Source: Parachlamydiales bacterium (GTDB lineage: Bacteria; Chlamydiota; Chlamydiia; Chlamydiales; JAEMRK01). From it: a DNA stretch of 54,102 nucleotides. Under the pieces are notes generated by a model. The model was not told where the DNA came from, searched no databases, and worked only from the letters and a program-made list of their open reading frames with translations. Below, piece by piece: positions 29,833 through 39,795 of this stretch. Location of the stretch: positions 1 to 54,102 of the forward strand of contig JAEMRK010000006.1 in NCBI GenBank assembly GCA_016463375.1. Direction: 5' to 3'. Position numbers and translations under genes: made by a program. Position 1 is the stretch's first letter; each line of letters begins with the position of its first letter.

Positions 29833-30642
29833 TTAAATTTGGTTTTTTTCTTTAAGGATTTCGCGAAGACCAATTAATGTCAGATCTGGTTCAATAAAAT
29901 GAACACCTTGTCGTTTTAAATCTTCGCTTAAGTCTTTAGCAATTAAACTATGATTTGGATCTAAAGCACCACCTGTAGCTATAACTAAAGAGGGGTCGCT
30001 TTTAAAACAATTCTGGTTGTAATGGCTGATTAAATACCCTGCACCGCCAACTAACGAATAATAAATCCCACTTTGAACATTAGTCTCAGTATTCTTACCA
30101 AGTTCGCTTGGGGGTCTTTTAATTGGTATCAGAGGAAGTAAATCGGTATGTTCATGCAAAGCTTTAGCTGACATTTCAAGGCCAGGAGTGATTGCTCCCC
30201 CTAAAAAAACATGATCTTTGGTCATGACATCAAACGTCACAGCAGTTCCAATATCGATGATAATTAAATGGCTATTGGGTTGTAAAAAACGGCCCCCATA
30301 TACATTAGCTAAACGGTCTGCTGGCATTTCTTTAGGATCGTCGATATTGAGTTTGATTGTGGATTCTAAAGGGTTTAAAAAGTGTACGGCATTAATGCCT
30401 TTTGCCTTTAAAACTCGGCTTAATAATTCATCATGTTTTGTATCAACAGAACCAATACATGCAGAAGAAATAGTTTCATCTAAATATTGAATAATAAGTT
30501 TTGACCAATCATCTGTAGTCCGAATGCGCCATTTTTTTAAGCATTTGTCATTATGATAATGGGCTCCGACCATATAGGAATTTCCGATATCGATAACTAA
30601 TAAAATGGGTTGCTCGGGAAAATTCATAAACTGCTCAGTCAT
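29833..30642 (-). CDS. coaX: Type III pantothenate kinase
   Basis: IDIGNS, ADR, IIDIGTAVTFD, GGAITPG, ATGG, LTLIGL; start is ATG 30642 or 30627. Confidence 0.92.
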   Translation of the reverse strand: MTEQFMNFPEQPILLVIDIGNSYMVGAHYHNDKCLKKWRIRTTDDWSKLIIQYLDETISSACIGSVDTKHDELLSRVLKAKGINAVHFLNPLESTIKLNIDDPKEMPADRLANVYGGRFLQPNSHLIIIDIGTAVTFDVMTKDHVFLGGAITPGLEMSAKALHEHTDLLPLIPIKRPPSELGKNTETNVQSGIYYSLVGGAGYLISHYNQNCFKSDPSLVIATGGALDPNHSLIAKDLSEDLKRQGVHFIEPDLTLIGLREILKEKNQI

Positions 30643-30659
30643 TACAAGTAGAAGCAATT

Positions 30660-30688
30660 ATTTTATCTGAATGCTTATAATGCTGCAA
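30660..30688 (-). promoter_or_regulatory. Putative sigma66 promoter for the coaX-groEL operon
   Basis: TTGCAG-17 nt-TAAAAT on the minus strand, just upstream of coaX. Confidence 0.55.
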
Positions 30689-30703
30689 GGGGATTTGGGA
30701 TAG

Positions 30704-30734
30704 AATTAGCAGAGAAAGATGTGATTTGCTAATT
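30704..30734. promoter_or_regulatory. CIRCE-like inverted repeat (candidate HrcA operator)
   Basis: AATTAGCA-N15-TGCTAATT; outer hexamers and spacing match CIRCE (TTAGCActc-N9-gagTGCTAA), inner triplets do not. Confidence 0.5.
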
Positions 30735-30756
30735 TAAAAAATAACTTATACTATAA

Positions 30757-30827
30757 AGGTGGCACTCAGAATCGAACTGAGGATAAAGGCTTTGCAGGCC
30801 CCTGCCTTACCGCTTGGCTATGCCACC
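30757..30827 (-). tRNA. tRNA-Cys (GCA), CCA not encoded
   Basis: Reverse complement GGTGGCATAGCCAAGCGGTAAGGCAGGGGCCTGCAAAGCCTTTATCCTCAGTTCGATTCTGAGTGCCACCT; anticodon GCA, U73 discriminator. Confidence 0.96.
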
Positions 30828-30842
30828 GTAGGAATGTCAGAT

Positions 30843-30872
30843 ACTATACTTTTTATGCTTTGAAAAGGTCAA
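30843..30872 (-). promoter_or_regulatory. Putative promoter for tRNA-Cys
   Basis: TTGACC-18 nt-TATAGT on the minus strand, 15 nt upstream of the tRNA. Confidence 0.5.
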
Positions 30873-30919
30873 GTAGTAATGTTGGCTTTTATCTTACGAC
30901 ATGCAATACTTGACATGCG

Positions 30920-32143
30920 ATGGAAAAAGGGAAATTAATTTTAGATATTTTATTGCTTGCTGTAGGTCTTTTAATTGGAGGATTTGCAGGAATAACTTCA
31001 TTTGCATGGGTTGAGATGACATCTCAAGCCATTGCAGATCTGTTTATTCATTTTTTAAAGCTTATAAGTTTGCCACTGATTTTTCTTTCAATCATATCGA
31101 CTTTATCCGGAATGTCTAATCTGAAAGAGATGAATAATTTAGGCAAAAGGGTATTTGGTTATACGCTACTGACAACGCTCTTGGCTGCAACATCAGCACT
31201 GGTGCTTTTTCAAGTTATTCAACCGGTAGCATCAATTCCGACAACAGTGATTGAGAATTCAAGTAAAGGCTATCTCTCGTTTTTCATAAATATTGTTCCA
31301 GATAATTTGGTTAAGGCTTTTTTAGAAAATAATGTAATAGGTGTAGCTTTCTTGGCTATATTAATGGGGTGTGCTTCATTAGTGTTACCACAAGAACAAA
31401 GAGTAACCATTAACCAATTTTTTAAAGCAATTTTTGCTCTCTTTTTGCAGATGACAAAGTGGGTGCTTCGGTTAATGCCGATTGGTATTGCTGCATTTAC
31501 ATGTTTGCTTGTCATCGATCTTAAAACTAATGGAGCACAAGCAGCAGGTTTATCGAAATATTTGCTGTGTGTTCTTGCTGCAAATATTGTTCAGGGCTTT
31601 GTCATCTTGCCCTTATTACTTAAATTAAAAAAACAATCTCCCTTAGCTGTAGTAAAAGGGATGTTACCCGCATTAATTCTTGCCTTTTTTTCCAAATCAT
31701 CAAATGCGACGCTACCCGTCGCCATGACTTGCTGTGAAAAAAATCTAAATGTATCCAATAAAGTCACTGGTTTTTCACTGCCACTTTGTACGGTAATTAA
31801 TATGAATGGCTGTGCAGCCTTCATTTTAATTACCGTTCTGTTTGTTGCGACAGCTAATGGGATGACTTTTACTTTAATGGAAGGCGTAACTTGGATTTTC
31901 TTAGCCACACTTGCCGCTATTGGCAATGCAGGTGTTCCTATGGGATGCTTTTTTTTAACGAGTGCTTTTTTAACAGGCATGCATGTTCCGTTAGCTATCA
32001 TGGGTCTCATTTTACCATTCTATGCTTTGATTGATATGGTTGAAACAAGCTTAAACGTTTGGTCAGATGGTTGCGTAACAGTTCTTGTAGATAAAGATTT
32101 AAAAAAACAGGAATCTTATGAAAATCGCTGCGCAAATATTTGA
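30920..32143 (+). CDS. Dicarboxylate/amino acid:cation symporter (DAACS family)
   Basis: SKSSNATLP, INMNG, AAIGNAGVP, DMVETSLNVWSD motifs. Confidence 0.93.
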   Translation: MEKGKLILDILLLAVGLLIGGFAGITSFAWVEMTSQAIADLFIHFLKLISLPLIFLSIISTLSGMSNLKEMNNLGKRVFGYTLLTTLLAATSALVLFQVIQPVASIPTTVIENSSKGYLSFFINIVPDNLVKAFLENNVIGVAFLAILMGCASLVLPQEQRVTINQFFKAIFALFLQMTKWVLRLMPIGIAAFTCLLVIDLKTNGAQAAGLSKYLLCVLAANIVQGFVILPLLLKLKKQSPLAVVKGMLPALILAFFSKSSNATLPVAMTCCEKNLNVSNKVTGFSLPLCTVINMNGCAAFILITVLFVATANGMTFTLMEGVTWIFLATLAAIGNAGVPMGCFFLTSAFLTGMHVPLAIMGLILPFYALIDMVETSLNVWSDGCVTVLVDKDLKKQESYENRCANI

Positions 32144-32564
32144 TTCTCTAGAAGGTGAATGGTCTTTTAAAAGAATCATACCCAATCAAGGTGAAATAAA
32201 CGGACGAGTTGTTTTTCATAAAGAAAACAGCTCGTGCCTCAAGTATAGAGAAGAGGGCGTTTTTTCAACTGTTCATGGCGATGAACTAAATTCTTACAGA
32301 GACTATTACTACACATTAAATCAAGACCGCATCGATATTTTTTTCGATAAAGACTTAAAAAATCTATTTCAAAGTCTTATTTTTAATACAAATGATACAT
32401 ACCCATTGAAGCTCCGAAGCAGCCATCTTTGTTCTAAAGATCTTTATGAAGGAACATATACTTTTGAAAATGCAGGACAATTCAATATCAATTATGTCGT
32501 GAATGGTCCTAAAAAAAATTACACAACGTATACAGTATTTAAAAAAGTTTACGGGGTCTCATGA
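32118..32564 (+). CDS. DUF6314-like predicted beta-barrel protein
   Basis: LEGEWSFKRII, YREEG, RDYYY, HLCSKDLYEGTYTF and VNGPKKNYTTYT patterns recalled for DUF6314. Confidence 0.72.
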   Translation: MKIAAQIFDSLEGEWSFKRIIPNQGEINGRVVFHKENSSCLKYREEGVFSTVHGDELNSYRDYYYTLNQDRIDIFFDKDLKNLFQSLIFNTNDTYPLKLRSSHLCSKDLYEGTYTFENAGQFNINYVVNGPKKNYTTYTVFKKVYGVS

Positions 32565-33925
32565 GTCAAGTTTGTATTATTGGTGGAGGCGTTTCTGGAT
32601 TAGCAACAGCTAAAGCGGCTTTAGATATGGGACTCGAGCCCATTATTCTTGAAAAAGCTGAAAGTATTGGTGGTTTATGGCGGCCTAACACTGGTAGCGT
32701 TTGGGATTCTTTGAAAACTAACGTATCAAACTATTCAATGGATTTAGGGATGCCTCATCAAGATTCTACTCCACGTTTCTTGCATAAAGATGAAGTCTAT
32801 CGGTATCTTTTTGATTTTTCCCAGCAATATAACCTCGACCAATATACCAATACCCAAACAAATGTGACTAAAGTAACTCCCTTTGACAATCAATGGAAAG
32901 TGGAATGGTTACAAAATGGTGAACATCATGTTCAAGTATTTCCAAATCTAGTGATAGCATCAGGCGTTTTTAGTAAATCTTATATTCCAGACATTAAAGG
33001 TTTAAAAGATTTTGAAGGCACGGTGATACATAGCAAAGATTACAAAAATGCTAACGCACTAAAAAATAAACGAGTTGTAGTCATTGGTAATGCTTTTAGC
33101 GGAAGTGAAATTACATGCGATCTTGTCTCATCGAATCAATGTCAAAAAGTGACTAACTTTGCCAGGCGTAAATTATTTGTAATGAACCCTTACTGCGATA
33201 ATGTTCCCTGGGATTTGGTATTTTTCAAACGTTTTATTGCCGATCAAAAAAAGCCGACAAGTTATACTTATGCAACGATTTCAGAAAAATACGATGAGTA
33301 TTTAGATTCGGGTAAATTCGATTTAAAACTCGGACAAATATCACACATACAAAAAGATGGAGTTGTTTTAGATAATGGAGAAAAAATAAGTGCTGATGCA
33401 CTTATTTTTAGTACTGGATACCGTACTGAACTTTCTTATTTGGATCCCAAAATTTGCGAAGCTGTTAAATTTGATCCGCAAGACTCTTTTTTGCCGATGA
33501 CATTGTACAAATCAATGCTTCATCCAGATTTTGATAATTTGGGTTTTGTAGGTATGTATCGTGGCCCACATTTTTCAGTGATTCAATTACAAGCTCAAGC
33601 ATTGATGTCGATTTTTGCAAAAAAAATTAGCATGCCAGAAAGACAAGAGTTAATGTTTGGAATGGACTCTGTTAAAAAACTCCGCGAATCTAATCCTAAA
33701 ACGCAATACCCTTATCCAAATAACATCGAATTTTGTGATGGCATAGCATCACTTATTGGAGCAAAACCAGAGCCTAAAGATTTTCATAATGATTATAATT
33801 TATGGAATATGATTTACAAGGGACCTTTTTCTCTTGCTCATTATGGCCTTAAAGGTGTCTATGCCCAACCAGAATACGCTAAAAAACACATTAAACAACT
33901 TCAAAAGGCTGTAAATGAACTCTAA
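32561..33925 (+). CDS. Flavin-containing monooxygenase (class B, FMO-like)
   Basis: IIGGGVSGL, IGGLW, FMO fingerprint FEGTVIHSKDYK, second Rossmann VVVIGNAFSGSEI, STGY. Confidence 0.9.
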   Translation: MSQVCIIGGGVSGLATAKAALDMGLEPIILEKAESIGGLWRPNTGSVWDSLKTNVSNYSMDLGMPHQDSTPRFLHKDEVYRYLFDFSQQYNLDQYTNTQTNVTKVTPFDNQWKVEWLQNGEHHVQVFPNLVIASGVFSKSYIPDIKGLKDFEGTVIHSKDYKNANALKNKRVVVIGNAFSGSEITCDLVSSNQCQKVTNFARRKLFVMNPYCDNVPWDLVFFKRFIADQKKPTSYTYATISEKYDEYLDSGKFDLKLGQISHIQKDGVVLDNGEKISADALIFSTGYRTELSYLDPKICEAVKFDPQDSFLPMTLYKSMLHPDFDNLGFVGMYRGPHFSVIQLQAQALMSIFAKKISMPERQELMFGMDSVKKLRESNPKTQYPYPNNIEFCDGIASLIGAKPEPKDFHNDYNLWNMIYKGPFSLAHYGLKGVYAQPEYAKKHIKQLQKAVNEL

Positions 33926-35078
33926 TGTGCTCAGTACGGTTATTTTAAAAAAAGGTAAAGAGCAATCATGGCAATACGGCCATCCTTGGATTTTTTCTGG
34001 AGCTATTCACACTGTGGATAAAGCTCTAACGCCTGGTAATTTGGTTAAAGTTTTTAATAGTGAAAATCATTTTTTAGGAATTGGATACTACCATCCAAAA
34101 CAATCGATTGCTTTGAGAATGCTGACTAAAAAAGATGTTGCAATCGATGTCGATTTTTGTGCAGACCTTTTTGACAGGCTACTTCAGTATAGGCAACAGT
34201 TTTTAAAAAATACGACTACGGCTTTCAGATTATGTTTTGGAGAAAGCGATGGGTTTCCAGGACTTGTCATTGATGTTTTCAAGCCCTATGCAGTTATACA
34301 AGTAAATACAAAAGGCGTTGAAAATCTTCTCGATGTGATTAAAGAAGGATTGACAAAAGTTGGATTGACTAAGCACGTTGTCATGACAACTCCATCTGGT
34401 ATTCAAGAAGGTGTAAAAACTTACGAAGTTCAAAGCCAGCGCATATGGGCTTTAGAAAATGGTTTTGAAATTGCCATTCAAATTGGTGGTCAAAAAACCG
34501 GATGGTTTTGTGACCAGCGCGGAAATCGTCAGCGATTAACCGATTGGATAAAAAAACTATCGATTAATTCAATACTGAACCTTTTTTCATACACTGGCGG
34601 ATTTAGTCTTTACGCTCTGAAAGTAGGCGTTAAAGATATTGTCAACGTTGATCGCGATGCTCAAGCTCTTGAATTGTTTAATGCAATGGCTCAGATCAAT
34701 CATTTACCACTTGTTGAGAATATTAAAAGTGATGTTTGGGATTATCTAAGACAAGAGACAAGGTTATTTGATTTAGTGATTGTCGATCCTCCAGCATTTA
34801 CAAAAGAAAAGAGTAAAAAGCAAGCTGCGCTAAAAGGATATCGCGATTTGTTTTGTATGTCAGTACAACGAGTGGCTCCAAAAGGGTCAATGGCTGTTTT
34901 TTCATGTTCTCATTATATCTTTGAAGACGATTTAAATTGGATACTACGTCAAGTTTACCATGAGACTGGCCGAACATTTCAAACCGTAATGCGTTTTTCA
35001 CAAGGTTTTGATCACCCAGTACCGGCTTGGTTTCCTGAAGGACGGTATTTAAAAGGTCTTTTGCTTAAAGAAATTTAG
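33915..35078 (+). CDS. rlmI: RlmI-type class I SAM-dependent rRNA m5C methyltransferase
   Basis: GHPWIFSGA (PUA), ESDGFPGL, GQKTGWFCDQR, LNLFSYTGGF, VDPPAF, FSCS, DHP, YLK. Confidence 0.88.
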   Translation: MNSNVLSTVILKKGKEQSWQYGHPWIFSGAIHTVDKALTPGNLVKVFNSENHFLGIGYYHPKQSIALRMLTKKDVAIDVDFCADLFDRLLQYRQQFLKNTTTAFRLCFGESDGFPGLVIDVFKPYAVIQVNTKGVENLLDVIKEGLTKVGLTKHVVMTTPSGIQEGVKTYEVQSQRIWALENGFEIAIQIGGQKTGWFCDQRGNRQRLTDWIKKLSINSILNLFSYTGGFSLYALKVGVKDIVNVDRDAQALELFNAMAQINHLPLVENIKSDVWDYLRQETRLFDLVIVDPPAFTKEKSKKQAALKGYRDLFCMSVQRVAPKGSMAVFSCSHYIFEDDLNWILRQVYHETGRTFQTVMRFSQGFDHPVPAWFPEGRYLKGLLLKEI

Positions 35079-35174
35079 CCTCTAGCTGACTCAAAAGAAG
35101 TTTGTTGACATTTAAATTGCTCATAAATGTTTAAAGAAGCATAAAGTACTTATTCCTAATGCAGCAGTTATTTT

Positions 35175-36506
35175 ATGGCCAACCTTCAAGATATCGCCGT
35201 ATTTTTTTGTCAAAATTTTCCAGCTCCTTTAATGATTACAAGCTATTGTATCGATAGCCGTTTAATCGAAAAAGGGGGATTGTTTTTTGCCCTCTCAGGT
35301 CAAAAAACAGATGCTCACATGTATTTAGAAGATGTTTTTAATAAAGGTGCAGTTGCGGCCGTTGTTTCAAATAAATATACTGGACCATCCTATGGTCTTG
35401 TTCTGATTTACGTCGAAGATGTTTTAGTCGCATTACAATCACTTGCAAAACACCAATTAAAAAATCGAAGAAGTCGTGTTATTGGCATTACAGGATCTCT
35501 TGGTAAAACGACGACCAAAGAATTCACTAAAACACTTTTGCAAAAAAAATATAACGTCGCGGCAAATCCGCGAAGTTATAATAGTCAAGCAACACTTCCT
35601 TTAGTCATTTTGAATAGTGATCCAGAAGCTGATATTTTGCTTTTAGAAATGGGTATGACTAATAAAGGGGAGCTTGCCAATTTAGTCAATATTGCTCCAC
35701 CAGAAGTGGCTTTGATTACATTGATTGGCATCACTCATGTTGGTTTTTTTCCAGATGGCCTTGATGGGATTGCTAATGCTAAAACGGAAATATTTTCTCA
35801 TGACTGCACAAAATTGGGTTTGTATTCTTTAGATAGTCCGTGTCAAGAGAAGATGAAGACAACGGGGAAATGTCAAAAAATGACATTTTCGATGGTTGAT
35901 CCATCAGCTGATTTTCATCTTCGACAAGAAGGCAAGATTTTACACCTTTACGAAAAAGGTGTTTATTTTGGTAAAGCTCACTGGCCTTTTCAAACAGATC
36001 ATTTGATTCCAAATTTTTTAAATGCTTTTGCACTCGCACGAATATTTGATGTTTCTAAAGAAGATATTGAAGAGGCATCACAAGAATTAAAATTGGTCGA
36101 TCTTCGTTTGCAGCAGATGGAAAAAAATGGGATCGTTTTTATCAATGATGCCTTTAATGCCATCACTGCATCGATTAAAGGGGCATTAGTCAGCTTGCCA
36201 CAACCTAAAGGGGCCGGCCGTAAAATCGCAGTTCTTGGAGCCATGCCCGATTTGGGAAGTTATTCTGATGATGAACATAGAGAAGTGGGTTTGTTCGCTC
36301 TTGATAAAGTCGAGAAATTACTGCTTTTGGGTAAAGAGTGTTTGCCCATCGTGGATGTCTGGAAAGAAGCTGGTAAAGAGGCTATTTATTACGAGTGCAA
36401 AGAAAAGTTAGTGGCTGATTTAAAAGCCTTATTAATTCCTGGAGATGTCGTACTGCTCAAGGGAGCACGTCGACTTAGTATCGATCAAGTTTTTGAAATG
36501 TTGTAA
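35175..36506 (+). CDS. murF: UDP-MurNAc-tripeptide D-Ala-D-Ala ligase
   Basis: IDSR, GITGSLGKTTTKE, LEMGM, INDAFNA, LGAMPDLG, VLLKG. Confidence 0.95.
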   Translation: MANLQDIAVFFCQNFPAPLMITSYCIDSRLIEKGGLFFALSGQKTDAHMYLEDVFNKGAVAAVVSNKYTGPSYGLVLIYVEDVLVALQSLAKHQLKNRRSRVIGITGSLGKTTTKEFTKTLLQKKYNVAANPRSYNSQATLPLVILNSDPEADILLLEMGMTNKGELANLVNIAPPEVALITLIGITHVGFFPDGLDGIANAKTEIFSHDCTKLGLYSLDSPCQEKMKTTGKCQKMTFSMVDPSADFHLRQEGKILHLYEKGVYFGKAHWPFQTDHLIPNFLNAFALARIFDVSKEDIEEASQELKLVDLRLQQMEKNGIVFINDAFNAITASIKGALVSLPQPKGAGRKIAVLGAMPDLGSYSDDEHREVGLFALDKVEKLLLLGKECLPIVDVWKEAGKEAIYYECKEKLVADLKALLIPGDVVLLKGARRLSIDQVFEML

Positions 36507-36511
36507 GGTCC

Positions 36512-37726
36512 ATGCTCTACGCTTTATTAATCTATCTTCGAGAAATACAAGGTATTAAAGTGCCATTGGCCTTTACATATTTCTCGACACGCATGTTTTT
36601 AGCCACCGCAACGGCTTTACTACTATCAATTTATCTAGGGCCTTATTTTATAAAAAAGCTCTACGAATTAAAAATTGGAGATGCTGTACGATTAGAGGAT
36701 TGCCCTCTTTTAAAACAGCTTCATGAAAAGAAAAAAGACACACCCACAATGGGGGGTGTCTTAATTCTTTTTTCCATGCTTGTTTCATTACTTCTATGGA
36801 TGAACTTACAGCATATTTTTACATTATTATTATTCATTACAACTATCTGCGTGGGGCTTATTGGAGCTTGGGATGATTATCTCAAACTAAAGTATAAAAA
36901 TGCCAAAGGGCTTAGTGGCAAAAAAAAATTGCTATGCCAATTGTTTATCGCAGCCCTCATTGGTTTATACCTTTTAGTTCCTCAATTCACAAAAAGTTTA
37001 CAAATGGGCAAATGGTTTACACCGCCCATTGCTAAAGAGTTTGTATCTATTAAAGATGAACCCAAAAATGTCGTAGTATTATCGACTCAAGACTATGCAC
37101 AGCGTTTATATGTTCCCTTTATAAAAGAACCTGTTTGGATAGCAACAGGAGTTGGTTTAGGGGTGATGGGTATATTTTTTTTACTTGTGATTACAGGATC
37201 ATCTAACGCTGTAAATCTAACTGACGGACTTGATGGTCTGGCAGCGGGTTGTTGTGTAATGGCAGCTAGTGTGTTAGCCATCATGGGATTTATTTCTAAT
37301 AATATAGATTTATCACGTTATTTAAATATTCTCTACATCGAAGGTAGTGGAGAAATAGCGATTTATTTATCTGCTATGGTTGGAGCATGTCTTGGTTTTT
37401 TATGGTATAATGGGTACCCAGCTCAAGTTTTTATGGGCGATACGGGATCATTGCCGCTAGGTGCCATACTGGGTGTCTCGGCTGTATTGTTAAAAAAAGA
37501 GATCGTATTAGCCATTGTAGGTGGTGTTTTTGTCATGGAAGCGATGTCTGTAATCTTACAAGTATTGAGTTACAAGTACCGAAATAAAAAACGAATTTTT
37601 CTATGTTCACCGATCCACCACCATTTTGAATATAAAGGGTGGTCTGAAACAAAAGTTGTCATTCGTTTTTGGATTATTGCCATTTTATTGGCTATTGTTG
37701 GACTTGCAACGATTAAATTTCAGTAG
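36512..37726 (+). CDS. mraY: Phospho-N-acetylmuramoyl-pentapeptide transferase
   Basis: TPTMGG, DDYLK, NAVNLTDGLDGL, FMGDTGS, PIHHHFE. Confidence 0.98.
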   Translation: MLYALLIYLREIQGIKVPLAFTYFSTRMFLATATALLLSIYLGPYFIKKLYELKIGDAVRLEDCPLLKQLHEKKKDTPTMGGVLILFSMLVSLLLWMNLQHIFTLLLFITTICVGLIGAWDDYLKLKYKNAKGLSGKKKLLCQLFIAALIGLYLLVPQFTKSLQMGKWFTPPIAKEFVSIKDEPKNVVVLSTQDYAQRLYVPFIKEPVWIATGVGLGVMGIFFLLVITGSSNAVNLTDGLDGLAAGCCVMAASVLAIMGFISNNIDLSRYLNILYIEGSGEIAIYLSAMVGACLGFLWYNGYPAQVFMGDTGSLPLGAILGVSAVLLKKEIVLAIVGGVFVMEAMSVILQVLSYKYRNKKRIFLCSPIHHHFEYKGWSETKVVIRFWIIAILLAIVGLATIKFQ

Positions 37727-37731
37727 GCAGC

Positions 37732-39027
37732 ATGGAAAAAAAGGCTTTAATAATTGGATTTGGAGTGAGTGGTCAGTCAAGCGCGCAGGCTTTACTTAAG
37801 CAAGGCTATTCAGTCACAGTCACCGATATAAAACCTGAGCCGTGCCAAAATATCCCAAATGTTGAATTTGTAAGCCCAGAAGATTTAGATGTTTCAGAAT
37901 TTGACATAGCAATCTTATCACCCGGTGTTATGCCAAATGATCTGGCATATCAAAAAACTAGGGCTTCTAATTGCCGAATTATTGGAGAAGCTCAATTTGG
38001 TTTGAGTTTACTCAAACCAATTACTTTATTAGGCATTACGGGTACTAACGGTAAAACAACTGTGACCTTAATGGTCAATCATATCTTAAATTATGCCGGC
38101 ATTAATTCTGTAGCCATTGGTAATGTAGGGATACCAGTGACAGAATTTGCCTTGAAACAGAACCAAGAAAAGGTGGCGGTAGTAGAACTAAGTTCTTACC
38201 AAATAGATACTTTAGAGTGTCAAGACTTCGACGCCGTTGTTTTACTTAATGTATCTCCAGACCATTTAGACAGATATGGAACGATGGAATCTTACGCAAA
38301 TTCTAAGATTAAGGTTCTAGATCATGTTAAAATGAGTGGTGAATCGTGGATTTTTGAAAGCTGTATTGAGAACTGGTCGAGCTTATTAAAAGGAAAAAAT
38401 TACAAAATATTTGGATATGGAAATAATTGCATAATTAAAAGTGATTTAGATCATATTATTTTCGAAGAAAACATTGAAACGTTTTTGCCGCTTGAGTATA
38501 GAGGAAGATGCAGTCACAATATAGAAAATATACTAGCGGCTTTTAGCCTCTGCCGATTTTTAGGAATTTCTAGTCAGCAATTCGCAGATGGTTTAGCTCA
38601 TTTCAAAAAACCGAGTCATCGTATCGAATTTGTACGTGAACACTCTGGCATTAGGTTTTTTGATGATAGTAAAGGAACAAATATAGACGCAGTAATGCGT
38701 GCTGTAGAGAGCTTTAAAGAACCGATAGTATTAATAGCTGGCGGTCTACATAAAGGATGTTCTTATAAAACATGGCTTAAACCGTTTAAAGGTAGAGTTA
38801 AATCAATTCATGCAATTGGGCAGGCTTCTCATCAAATTAAAGCTGAATTGAATGAAGAAATACCAGTCGATGTGTGCGTAACACTCGAAGATGCAGTGCG
38901 CTCTGCATTAAATAACGCGCAAAAAGGCGATGTCGTCCTTCTCTCTCCAGGATGTGCAAGCTGGGATATGTTTAAAAGTTATGTTCACAGAGGAGAGGAG
39001 TTTAAAAAGATAGTTGGGTCATTATAG
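37732..39027 (+). CDS. murD: UDP-MurNAc-L-Ala D-glutamate ligase
   Basis: SPG, GITGTNGKTT, ELSSYQ, DHLDRY, HRIE, DDSKGTN, LLSPGCASWD. Confidence 0.97.
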   Translation: MEKKALIIGFGVSGQSSAQALLKQGYSVTVTDIKPEPCQNIPNVEFVSPEDLDVSEFDIAILSPGVMPNDLAYQKTRASNCRIIGEAQFGLSLLKPITLLGITGTNGKTTVTLMVNHILNYAGINSVAIGNVGIPVTEFALKQNQEKVAVVELSSYQIDTLECQDFDAVVLLNVSPDHLDRYGTMESYANSKIKVLDHVKMSGESWIFESCIENWSSLLKGKNYKIFGYGNNCIIKSDLDHIIFEENIETFLPLEYRGRCSHNIENILAAFSLCRFLGISSQQFADGLAHFKKPSHRIEFVREHSGIRFFDDSKGTNIDAVMRAVESFKEPIVLIAGGLHKGCSYKTWLKPFKGRVKSIHAIGQASHQIKAELNEEIPVDVCVTLEDAVRSALNNAQKGDVVLLSPGCASWDMFKSYVHRGEEFKKIVGSL

Positions 39028-39048
39028 AATTTATAAAGGGGAAAACCC

Positions 39049-39777
39049 GTGAAACGCAGGGATACAATCATCGTTGCCGTATTAATTAATGCGGGATTGT
39101 TATTGATACTATTTGCGACAGCCATACATGGTGAAAAAGAAGATGGAAAAAGTCCAAACTCTCAAGTCGTCATGTCTGTAACGGAAGATAATATTGTCGT
39201 TCCTCAAGAGAGCTTGCCGATAAATCCAACTGATGAAGTCGATCAAGTATTAAGTCAATGGTCACCAGCTCCTACATCATCTACACCATTGATTCCTCAA
39301 GTTATGGATAGTAAGCCTTTCTTAGATCAAGAAATGGTTCAAGTTGTTCCTCAAAAAACACCACCTAATCAAACGCGTCCATCGTCTAATACTGTGGAAG
39401 TCACAGTTAAAAAAGGGGATGTATTAGAGAGAATTGCAAAAGCTAATGGAACATCTGTTCAAGAAATTATCCGTTTAAATAATTTACCCAATAGTCGTTT
39501 AAAAATTGGTCAGATCTTGAAAATACCAGTTCCTGGTAAAGAATCTGGAACAATTGCAAAGCAGACTAAAACTGTTGAGAAACCCAAGTCAGTTACTCCT
39601 AAAAAATCATCAGATACGGTGCATGGCACCAGGTCATATACGATTAAGAAAGGAGACAGCTTGTGGAGTATTGCCTCAAAAAATAATATGAGAGTCGATG
39701 ACTTACTACGTTTAAACCACCTAGACGAAGAAAAAGCTCGCCGTTTAAAACCTGGCGATCAAATCGTGATACGCTAA
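39049..39777 (+). CDS. Membrane-anchored protein with two LysM domains (chlamydial NlpD-like)
   Basis: N-terminal RRDTIIVAVLINAGLL anchor; LysM repeats TVKKGDVLERIA and YTIKKGDSLWSIA. Confidence 0.92.
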   Translation: MKRRDTIIVAVLINAGLLLILFATAIHGEKEDGKSPNSQVVMSVTEDNIVVPQESLPINPTDEVDQVLSQWSPAPTSSTPLIPQVMDSKPFLDQEMVQVVPQKTPPNQTRPSSNTVEVTVKKGDVLERIAKANGTSVQEIIRLNNLPNSRLKIGQILKIPVPGKESGTIAKQTKTVEKPKSVTPKKSSDTVHGTRSYTIKKGDSLWSIASKNNMRVDDLLRLNHLDEEKARRLKPGDQIVIR

Positions 39778-39795
39778 TTAAAAAAATGACATTCC

